Below, piece after piece: positions 53,669 to 64,000 of a DNA stretch of 64,000 nt; positions within the stretch are counted from its first letter, which is position 1, and the number at the start of each line of letters is the position of its first letter. The stretch is from Tubiluchus corallicola (taxonomy: Eukaryota; Animalia; Priapulida). The translations under genes were made by a program, and so were the position numbers. Where the stretch lies: assembly GCA_030141605.1 (NCBI GenBank), contig JAQGDQ010000205.1, positions 186,001-250,000 of the forward strand, read 5' to 3'. The notes beneath the pieces were generated by a model, which did no database searches, was not told where the DNA came from, and was given only the letters and a program-made list of their open reading frames with translations.

Positions 53669-54047
53669 TAGGGGTGAGCATTCCCTACCAGAAAGTGAAA
53701 TCGAATCAAATCTGTGAGATTCGAATCAACCGAACTTTTTAATTTCGAATTGGAATTGAGTTTGAAAGATTTTCAAACATGTTCTTGAACCACCACTAAA
53801 AATTAATCTTACAAAAAAGATCATGCATATTACTCGATTTTGTTCTGTAGTAAACCACTGACGTTTTGCTTAAAATTATGCACAGAAATCACAGCTAAAT
53901 TATGTTAATTGCATGTTGTTTATGATATAGAACGTATGTGATTGAAGTTCTGAATTATTCGAATCTATAATTTTAGGTTCGAATCGAATTCGAAACAAAA
54001 AACTCGTTCGAATCGAATTCGATTCGAACGTTCGGTGCTCACCCCTA
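53669..54047. mobile_element. hAT-type MITE with a perfect 8-bp TSD
   Basis: TIRs TAGGGGTGAGCA...TGCTCACCCCTA. TSD GCTATAAG at 53661-53668 and 54048-54055. Confidence 0.93.
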
Positions 54048-56021
54048 GCTATAAGTAGCTTCAAAAGTATTTTTTCAGTAATTGTACAATGTGCATTAAC
54101 TAAATAATTGTGTTTATATAATTATGATAAAATTAATCTTGTTTTTACATTTCATTATGATTACGTAGAGTTGGTTGTTGATGAAATTATTGGTTAGCAG
54201 TAAAATTTAAGTCACCAGATTATCTCGTTAATACCTACAATTTTAAAACCGTAATTAGATAACGGCTCGCGGATCAATTTTTTCAATAGCTAGGATAACA
54301 CACGTATGACTGTGGTCCCTGTGCACACGACACACGAAGCACAAGATTGTTAGCATATTAAATATCGAAACCGGCGGCCAAGTTTATCCTAACAACATTG
54401 ATGGCAGCGCGCGTATGAAAATCACGTCAAATTTTGTGAACGTTTTGCCACAATAATATCATTGGTATTTTGTTTCTTAAGCTTAATTATTTTGGGTTTT
54501 AATTATAATTTTCAGGATTTTCATCTGGCTTTTGGGTTATGCGTCTAATGCAAGCACGGCACTAAGGTTTCTTAACAATTCTAGATACTAACGCAGGACC
54601 GGTTCGAGATTTCGGATCAGATATAAATTTTTGTCTAGCTACTTTACTATAAATGCTTGTCTTCTGACTAGTATTCACTCAGTATGACTTTCTTTAGCGT
54701 AGGTCTACCGTCTGTAATTTTTTTGTGTCTTGTGACTGTTGTCAGTACTGTACCGTCATTGGGGTAAACCTACTTCCTGGGATTTGTCATTCAATGCACG
54801 CTTTTTATATTATTTTGATTTGCTTTCATTTGATACCAGTGTGAAATACAAAAAAAATTAAAATACATTTATAAAATGCAATGTCGCAATGACAACTAGT
54901 GATACTTCTGACCTCATCTTTGTGAACTAGCTGACTTTAAGATCATAAATTATCGTGTGTTTCAATTAGATCTTTCTGTAACTTGTGCGTCAGTTAGCCA
55001 TTGTAAATAGGTGTAACTTCTTGAATCGTCGTGATAAAAAATGCTCTAATCTGTATAATAATGAGGCTATTGCATTGTTTCTTTACTATTATATTAATTA
55101 TATGATTCCTATATATTTTACATAATGTGAGTTGCATCATAGTTCATTTGCGTGTTTCGTGTGATGGCATTCAAGACTTTACATGTGTACACAGTAACAT
55201 TCATAGCATTCATTCGTGTACGTATACAATACGAACTTGTTCTTTTAGTGACCTCCTTTGGGATAAGAGAGACTTACAATACACAATAAGAATGTTTGTA
55301 ATACAGTAAATACATTCACTTACAAAGTACAACAAAACAGAGCTTTTAAAACAAATTCCAACTATTACACATATAGTTTGTCAGCCAAGACATCAAATCA
55401 TATCAGTTTGTTCAACACATTTTTCCTTACGTCATTTTTAAATGTGCAAATAAATGAAACTTGCCACCATTTTCTTGTAAATTACATACCTCAGTGACTT
55501 ACATAGTTTCACAATGTTACCATTTTAAGTATTTTCAAAATCGAAAAAATTGGCCTTGAGAAGTTCTTTATTTGTATTGTTAAACTTTTTGTTCAGTAAA
55601 ATCAAACTTGGTATCATTTTTACACTATCTCCTCTGTACATTTTAGCATGTGATGTTTTGGCTCTATAGTCTACGTCATATTTTTCACATCCAGTTTTCC
55701 AATTAACGTGCTCTTACATATGTCCTTAAAAGACTCTGAACTATATATATATTTGTATGTCTCGAAGTCATCTGAAAAGGAGCACAGTCCTGAATGATCA
55801 GATGTGTAAAAAAGTGGTCTCCAGACTACCTTCTTTTCACGTCTTATATCAGGCATATAAAGTCAGGGTTTGTAAGTAAAAAATTGTGTGGTTTCCATTA
55901 TAGACGCTTAATATTTCTGGATGTAATTATATAGCAGATTTTCCTCACAGCAGGTGTTTCACACAGAGCTGATGTTACATGAATTAACAGTTTTCTTGCT
56001 TTTTTTGCAGAAAGCAGCAGA

Positions 56022-59000
56022 ATGCGGATCGGTTTCATAGGTGCTGGGAAAGTAGCCCAAGCAATGGCAAAGGGTGTTATAGATTCTGGTAATCATATTC
56101 AACATTCCATAAATTCTTTATCTGCCTTGTAGTTTTCCTATATTGGTGGTTAATTGTAGTCATATTCTCTTAACTTAGTTCTGATTGATTCCAATTATTT
56201 ATTAACTCATATCAGAGGTAGTGCATTTAATGCACACAAATTTGCTTGTGTCATGAGATGTGAGTTTAATGGCAAGTTTGATTGTACTTAAATAGTCACT
56301 TCGACTCACTTTGTCTTCAGCTAATCTGCACCAGCAAGTCAGTCAGTCAGTCAATAAATCAAGCAGTGGTTCAACATTTGTGTCTTAGTTTTTACAGTAA
56401 TAGATTTCGAATGTAGCAAATTTGTATTATAAAGATTATAGGTAGATGATGTCTAAGCATGCGTGTGCTTATAAATAAAAATGGATTCTGATATGGCAAG
56501 TGTTAAGAAAACATTTTCAAGTTACTATTTTTTAAAATAAACTTGTGTGTTAATGTCAAATTCGAAGAAAGTGACTGCAAAACACATCTTCTTAGACTGA
56601 TGCATGATTAGAAATATTGTCGTCTAAAAAGCGTTAAATTGAGAGACTGACAGAATTAAAAAAGCGGGAGCTACAAAATCTCGATTTTTAATTACCATAC
56701 AAGTGAATTTAGCTTAGTTATAATAAATCTTGATTCAGTTTTGATGTTTCTTATAGGACCAGGAATACTTATAGTGAGGCAGTGAAATTACACTGCGACT
56801 TGTTCTGACTGTCACTTTGTAATTACACTTTACACTTAAATACAAAATAGTTACAAGAAAATAGGACCAGTGGTTTGCATGGTAGACCCTGCACTGCAAG
56901 ACCGAAGTAATGTCGTACAAAGAGTTTTCAGTTATAAAATTTTCAGTTTCTGTTCCATATGTTGAAATGCTTGTTTCACTTTTCAAAGGCGATCACTTGC
57001 CAAATCTTCATTTTCTTTTGTGTAACACCAGCAGTTTATTATAATTGTTTGTTTTTAGGCTTGGTGACCAGCGGACGTGTCATAGCAAGTTCACCAAAAC
57101 AAGATCAGGTTTTCTTAGAGCAAATATCTGTAAGCCAGCATTATTGAATTCTGGAGGCATTGTGATATTTTTTAGTAGATTTAAATTATTTATAAGAAAA
57201 AATAAATTAAAAAATGCAACTATCAAAATTTGGTGAATTTTTTAAATTATTACTGATTAATCAAATTTAAAAATTGTAAATAATTAGATTAGTGATTGTG
57301 TTATTATTATTACTATTATTACGAAATCCAAAAGTCCTAGTTTTGATAAGATCTTTAATGATATTATTATTCTTTTGTTCAAGAAGTACAGCAGTAAACC
57401 GAAACATCATGTCTTTTCATTTTTATCATTGTGGTATATTTTATTACTTCAAATAACTTATTTCCTTGCTATTTGGATGTTTTGTGGAGAATGGTCAAGT
57501 AGTCGTGGTAGGTGTTTAGGGACCATAGTTAAGCAACGCTGAGTGCAGAATTTGAATTATGTCAGTGAATAGATTGGTGACTACTGGGTTCAATATTTGC
57601 TTTTGGTGGTTTCATGTTACAGCTTTTTTTTGTCACAATGCTCTGTGCTGTTATGCCATGATTTCTTTTGCCACAATGCTTCGTACTGTTATGCCATGTT
57701 TTCTTCTGTCACAATGCTTTGTGCTGTTATGCCGTGTTTTCTTTCGTCACAATGCTCTGTGCTGTTATGCCATGTTTTCTTTTGTCACAATGCTCCGTAC
57801 TGTTATGCCATGTTTTCTTTTGTTACAATGCTCTGTGTTGTTACACCATGTTTTCTTTTGTCACAATGCTCTGTGTTGTTACACCATGTTTTTTTGTCAC
57901 AATGCTTTGTGCTGTTATGCCATGTTTTTTCTTGTCACAATGCTCTGTGCTGTTATGCCACGTTTTCTTTTGTCACAATACTTTATGCTGTTATGCCATA
58001 TTTTTTCTTGCCACAATGCTCTGTGTTGTTATGCCATGTTTTTTGCCATAGTGCTCTGTTACAGTATGAACTTTTTTCACAATATTTTGTATTGTTACGT
58101 CATATTTTCTTTGTTGCAATGCACTGCGCTGTTACTTCAAGTTTTCTTTTGTTAGAATATTCTATTGAAAACCATTTTTGTGTGTTAGAAAACCATGTTG
58201 TACCATTTTTTAATTATTTGCAGAAACTAGGTGTTCAGTGCACACATGAAAACAAGCAAGTGGTGAGGGAAAGTGATGTCGTTATTGTTGCTACCAAACC
58301 TAATATCGTGCGCAAAGTTTTAAATGAAGTTTCCGCAGAAGTGACGAGCAACAACCTTATCATTTCTGTTGCCTTGGGAGTGACGATTAAAACAATGGAA
58401 AAGGTAGTTTGTGTTCACCTTCTTAGCTAAATTAGTTTGTGATGATGAGTTAGTTGAACAGTTAAAAAATCTGAGTATTATTAGGATGTAAATGTTTCTT
58501 AACGTAAGAAGGTGGTTATTGGATAAACACTACAGTGCCATCTGTGCTCCACCTACACATGTTACTAAATAATCTAGTTTATATGTTAGGGTAAAAATTT
58601 AATGATCTCGTAAAGGCATGTGTAGAAGTCTGCCAAAGCATTACTTTGACTAAATGTATTGTTCGTAAATTGCATTACTATCTAAACATGGCCTGATTTA
58701 CCAATAGGCACAGTAGGCCATTGGCCTAGGGCCTATGGGTAACTGGGGGCCATTTAAAAAACTAATTTGTCTCACAGCGCCCCAGCGTATAACCTTGTTT
58801 TAAGTGTACACCAGATATTTTATAATATATTCAAAACCATAAGGCCCCTTTACATTAAGTGTAAGAGTATGGGGTCCTTGTACAATTAGTATAGGCCCAA
58901 ATTCTGGGGCCCATCATGTTAATCTGGCCGTGTGTGCAGATTGCAGTGTCACAATAATTTTTTTACTTTTTTGATGATTAACACCAGTGGTTGACATGTT

Positions 59001-62000
59001 AGACCTCGAACTGCGAGACTGAAGTAAGCAGTACAAAGAGTTTTCAGTTTCTGTTCTAGATGTTGAAGTGCTTGTTTCACATTTCAAAGGTGATCTCTTG
59101 CCAAGTTGATATGTGCCAAAGATTTCCTCTATTGTTAGCCCAATATTTTTATCCCACTAAAGTGGCATTCTGAGTTTTGTGTATTTATCACTAGATCGGG
59201 ATATCACAATAGTTTATTTTTCTTAAACTGTTAGTAATGAGTGTCGATGGGCATAAACTTTGGCTATAGGCCTTTTTGTTTTATTTTTTATCTGTTCTGT
59301 GATTTATTCATCATAACACATTTGTCTCATGCAGGCTCTTCCAGAATCTACGAGAGTCGTCAGAGTGATGCCAAACACTCCGGCTCTTGTTAGAATGAGT
59401 GCTTCGGTTTTCTGCCTAGGAAATTCTGTGCTGGAAGGCGATGCAGAAATTGTATCAGAGCTGTTGTCAAGTATAGGTAAAGATAGCATAGTTTAAAATG
59501 GCTAAAAATCATATTTGTGCTTGTGAATTTGACATTATTTGATTGCACTTATGCACAACATGCGCTAAATACAAGTCCAACAGTGTTTTACATGTAATTT
59601 ATGATTTTTATTGTCCAAAACGGCCAATCATCATCGTATTCCAAAATCACTATCACTTCATGACATTCTTAACTGACTGACTGAAATATCATGTGCATCT
59701 CGACTTCGTTTTATCTGAAGCAAATAAAAACATATTCTGCTAAACCAACATCAAAAAATTAATTAATTAGTAGAGTGATAATGATTAATAATATGACAAA
59801 ATTTGAAGAAATCAAACTTACATCTTTGTCGCATCTTACCAACTTGCTAAAGAGAACTCTACTGACAAAATTTTATTACTAAACGACACGACGTACTGAA
59901 CGAAAATGACTTCTTTCCTATCCTGTCTCCAATATGAGGCCTATTTCCTGTCCTAGCTCACCTGTCGACCAACAGCCTAATTTTGCAAAAAAACAAACAC
60001 AAGGAGGCACTACCTGCTTATATCCGAAACAACACTTTTCTAGGTGAATTAGCAAGAGTTATTATTTGATTAGTAAACGTTCCAGGTCGTAACAATAAAA
60101 TGCACTCTAAAAATTAGGATGAGTTTGGATATGTGGAGTTTTAGAGACGGTTTTTATCCATGCTTTTTCCTTTAAAAGCCAAGACAAGTCCTTGCAGTTC
60201 TGTCTGTGAGCGTCTGTATTCGGCAATCTGTATTTTTGTATGGCATAATTGTATTTAAAACATTGGAAATTCAGAGTAGCTGTGAAAGTGCACTGTAAGG
60301 CGTTCCGTCCGTTAACATTACATTCTTAGAATATGCACATGTCAAAGTATTTTTTATTTTATATGTATATTTAAATTATTAACATGCAGTAACATTCATG
60401 TGTTATTTCATGTTATGTCAGGATGCAAAAGATACCTTGACTCTTTGAGCTCTTGCTAGGTGAGATTTATGCTGTCTTTTACTGGTGCTAACATTTCGTT
60501 TTCAAAAATTTGGTTGTAATTAAAACGTTGTAAATTATGTTAATAAGATTTTCATTTTACTCATTAAAAATATCAAATATATTAATACAATACAATCTGA
60601 AGCAGATTAGATTTTCACCAACCAAGAAAACATTCTCAGTCAACTAATGTTCTAAAGTCTAGCTGGCTCATTGTTTATGAATTCTCAAATGTACCAGAGC
60701 ATGCTTAAAGGCAAGGATGTTCTTCTCATTTGCAGTGTAATCTACATTTCAGGGTACTGTGAAGAAATTCCTGAATCACTTATAGATACAGCAACAGGAT
60801 TGAGTGGAAGTGGTCCTGCTTACGTGTTTACAGCTATTCAGTCGTTAGCAGATGGAGCTGTGAAAATGGGAATGCCAAGAGCCCAAGCTCTACGGCTGGC
60901 AGGACATGCTGTTATGGTGTGAAAAATATTGTTAATTTATTTGCCATCTTGCTTTTTTAGTTATAATTAGATTTCACCTGTGAGTTATTTAAAAAAAGGT
61001 TATTGGAATCTCTGTGTGGTCTGTCTTTGTCAGTTTTTTGCATAGTTGAAAGTTTTGAGCACAATGTGGAACTTAAATGTAGTTTTAGCCCTTCCTGCAT
61101 AGCTTGCCATGACAAAATCTCTTTCTTGTGTTGTACATTTCTGTTGTAGAAAAGTATCCCTGACAAAATCCAGCTTTTGCAACATATTTGTGTTCACATG
61201 AGAACCTCTGATGAACAAACTAATTCAAGAAGCAGTTCTTCCACCCTGTGCTGTTACCCTCTACATTCTTCATGTAACAATAATTTACAGTTTAGATGTA
61301 TGACTGCTAGTTGACATCTCCCTGATTGTCTTAGTTTTGGGAACCAGCTAATGACTGTTTGAGTAATTGCCTTCAACAATGATAGACAAAGAAAATGAAT
61401 TTGGAAAATTACTGAGATGAGTTTGGTTTTGAACCAATAATCTTAAATAGTAAAAAGTAGTTTGCAATAGTTCTGGTTTAAAGTTCAAGGTCTGTAATTT
61501 CATTATCAGTCTTTTCAGATTTGCTCTGTTTTTGAGTTAAATGTCATTTAAAATATCTTAACAACTGTAACTTTATTTTACTGGTTCGCTGAAAGCTTTG
61601 GTGTTAATAGGGTTGTTCTTACTACAGGTATGCGTTGACTTATGGCCTATGCGACTTACGACTGTTCAATTTTATGGTCCGACCACAACAGTTAATTAAT
61701 TATACAAAACCGACTATAACTCATATGTCCTTCTATTTCTTTATGCAAATTAACTTTAAATTGCTATCTGTTTCGATAAATTCATTGTAGTGGCGGCCAT
61801 ACTTAGTGCACGTAGACACACAATGTCTTGCATGCAGGGGCACGCCTCTTGAACGTATGGGTCCTCTTGCATCCAATTCGTTTTACGGCCCAATCCGCCA
61901 CCAGAACATATTGTGGTCGTAAGTCAATGACTACCTGTATTAAAATGGGTAAATGCGTTAGAGTTTACAGGCTTACTGTACCATCATTAGCAGGCTTTTA

Positions 62001-62234
62001 ATGACTTTTAGTTTCAGCAGTGGTAATTTGGTTTGTTTCTTACTGATGTAGGGAGCTGCTAAATTAGTGCTCAATTCTGGTCAGCATCCTGACTCGTTAA
62101 AAGATGATGTTTGTTCACCGGCAGGATGTACCATATACGCAATGCATTCACTGGAGCGAAATGGATTCCGTGCTTCCCTAATGGATGCTGTGGAGATGGC
62201 TACTCTACGAACGAAACAGCTAGGAGAGCAGTAA
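56022..62234 (+). CDS. PYCR: Pyrroline-5-carboxylate reductase; 6 coding exons, ~268 aa
   Basis: Exons: 56022-56088, 57059-57129, 58224-58403, 59335-59476, 60753-60916, 62052-62234. Motifs [70 protein letters not shown] and LERNGFR. Confidence 0.95.
57495..57595 (+). mobile_element. Decayed 5S-like SINE head
   Basis: AGTTAAGCAACGCTGAG..GTCAGTGAATAGATTGGTGACTACTGGG shares GTCAGTGAAT(A/G)GAT with the head at 18637-18660. Confidence 0.45.
57625..58060. repeat. Minisatellite, ~38-bp unit, about 11 copies, in PYCR intron 2
   Basis: Unit TGTCACAATGCTCTGTGCTGTTATGCCATGTTTTCTTT. Confidence 0.93.
58687..58932. mobile_element. Small MITE with hAT-like ends
   Basis: CATGGCCTGATTTA...TTAATCTGGCCGTG are inverted, with GGGCC subterminal motifs. 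No TSD retained. Confidence 0.55.
61625..61937. mobile_element. Tc1/mariner-type MITE
   Basis: TA|CAGGTATGCGTTGACTTATG...CGTAAGTCAATGACTACCTG|TA. Confidence 0.8.
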
Positions 62235-63020
62235 AAAACTTTAAAAAATTACAGACTAATTTAACTTCTCTGGTCTTTCAAAGTATAGTAACCCGGTGGC
62301 AGCATATTATATGCTGACTTGAAAAAGTGAAAACTAAATTTTTGTTGCTGATTAGTGGTTTCCTCCTATTTGCATGACTTGTGCAATTTGCTTTGCTAGA
62401 CATTTGGTATTTGGAAATTTTGGAATGCAGTACGCACCTATTATAGACTCATGGTTAATAGAATCAATCGTGTAATTGACTCAAAAACTCTCCATTCCAA
62501 AGGCCTGACTATTTCATTTTCCAGGTCTACATTATGTAGATGGTTTTCTTTGCAAATCTGATTGCACAGTCAGCAGAATGCTTGTTTTACCTGTCTGAAA
62601 CAAATAGCTGACCGAAAGACTTTTATGTTTATAAATCATAAATCCGTGAGACAATCCGTATTTTGCTATGGTGTGATTGTATTTAAACATTGGAAATTCA
62701 GTGTAGCCGTGAAAGTGCATTGTAAGGCATTCCGTCCGTCAACACTGCATTCCTAGAATATGCACATGTCAAAGTATTTTTAATTTTATATGTATATTTA
62801 AATTATTAACATGCATGTGTTATTTCATGCTTGTTTCTGTAACTGGTGGCCTATAATTTTTGTGTCTTATTTAATGAGTTTTTGTAGGTGGTATTAACAT
62901 CAGGGAAAACCTATTGGTGTAACTGTTACCTCAGGTTTTATAATTTATATAAGTTTTATTAGCTTGTACAGACTGCCTTGGATTCCTGTAGGGGTAGTTT
63001 ATGATAAACACTTGAAGTTA

Positions 63021-63575
63021 CAGTAAACCCTCTTTATTCTGGATTATTTGAGTGGGTCAGGCAGTCTCTAATAACTGGTCATATGCAATATTAAACCTGA
63101 CAGAGCTCGTACAGAGCTCGTGTCTTATTGGAGGAAATGTACAGTAATGTAAATAAATGGACATTACATGTACATGCGCCCGAAATTGCTTCATAAAGCC
63201 TCACACTTGTTGCCTGCTGATTGGGACGCCCAACCTGAATCACCTGCAGCTCTGAGGTCCAGTCCTGCCTCACACTTACTGCATACTGAATGTGAGCCCT
63301 GCCTGAATCACCTGCAGCTCTGAGGTCCAGTCCTGCCTCACACTTCTGCTGAATGTGGGCCCTGCCTGAAACACCTGCAACTCTGAGGTCCAGTCCTGCC
63401 TCACACTTACTGCATACTGAATATGAACCCTGCCTTAATGTGATCACATGCTAGCCTGATGTCCAGTCCTGTCACATGCCTTTGTTGTAGCCAGACCTGT
63501 TATTAGTAACCAGAATGGAATAGACAGTAGAAATAATCCATTATATCCGAAATCTGTTGAAACGAGGATTTACTG
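63021..63575. mobile_element. Tc1/mariner-type MITE with an internal 63-68-bp tandem repeat (63234-63480)
   Basis: TA|CAGTAAACCCTC...GAGGATTTACTG|TA. The internal unit CCTGAATCACCTGCAGCTCTGAGGTCCAGTCCTGCCTCACACTT.. occurs three times plus a partial copy. Confidence 0.75.
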
Positions 63576-64000
63576 TATGCTAAACTTTTAATATGTGTAG
63601 TACTAAGCAGTTGTTTCACTTTTTTCGGGAATTTCCCTTCATCCAGAATTTTTTTGAAATAAGTTGTTTATTTTGAATTAATTTATTATTTTTGACGATG
63701 CGCATACTAGCGTGTATGTTTTTCGTACTGTATTTACTTTACGATAACTTTTTTATAATGTTATTTATGAAAGAGTACATACAGAAACATGCTAGGTTTT
63801 AGAGCCAGGCCTTTTATTATGGTAACTGAATGTTTTGTGATTTTTCACATTCTAATCAGGAGATTAATTAGCAGACATGCAAGGTGCAGAAGGTTTTTAG
63901 AAATGGTGCTTGGCTTTTAACATTTCATGTTTGGTATATCTTACGCATTTGATGATGTATCGTGGTTTTGCAAGAAATTTTTACTTTACATAAGATAACA

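Noticed and set aside
57559-58430. Cys-rich ORFs of 198, 277 and 127 aa, one running in frame into PYCR exon 3
   Set aside because: They arise from a stop-free 38-bp minisatellite in intron 2; exon 3 has a good acceptor at 58223.

Overview
AT-rich, intron-rich animal (invertebrate-type) genomic DNA, not prokaryotic. Seven protein-coding genes were rebuilt by hand from GT-AG junctions with consistent intron phases: DCAF11/WDR23 (+, 16 coding exons), a TBRG1-like FYRN/FYRC gene (+, 10), BMP5-8 (60A/gbb group; +, 6), PCYOX1-like prenylcysteine oxidase (-, 5), an intronless GNPDA (-), DTWD1 (+, 4) and PYCR (+, 6). Introns and intergenic DNA hold non-LTR retrotransposon fragments, hAT and Tc1/mariner-type MITEs, 5S-like SINE heads, and mini- and microsatellites. 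Three observations stand out. (1) A duplicated element joins a 5S rRNA-like Pol III head to a near-perfect antisense copy of the U6 snRNA 3' end. (2) The TBRG1-like gene has extra in-frame 5' exons encoding an ASXL-like HARE-HTH domain. (3) GNPDA is intronless among intron-rich neighbours. All homology calls come from recalled family motifs; no searches were run.
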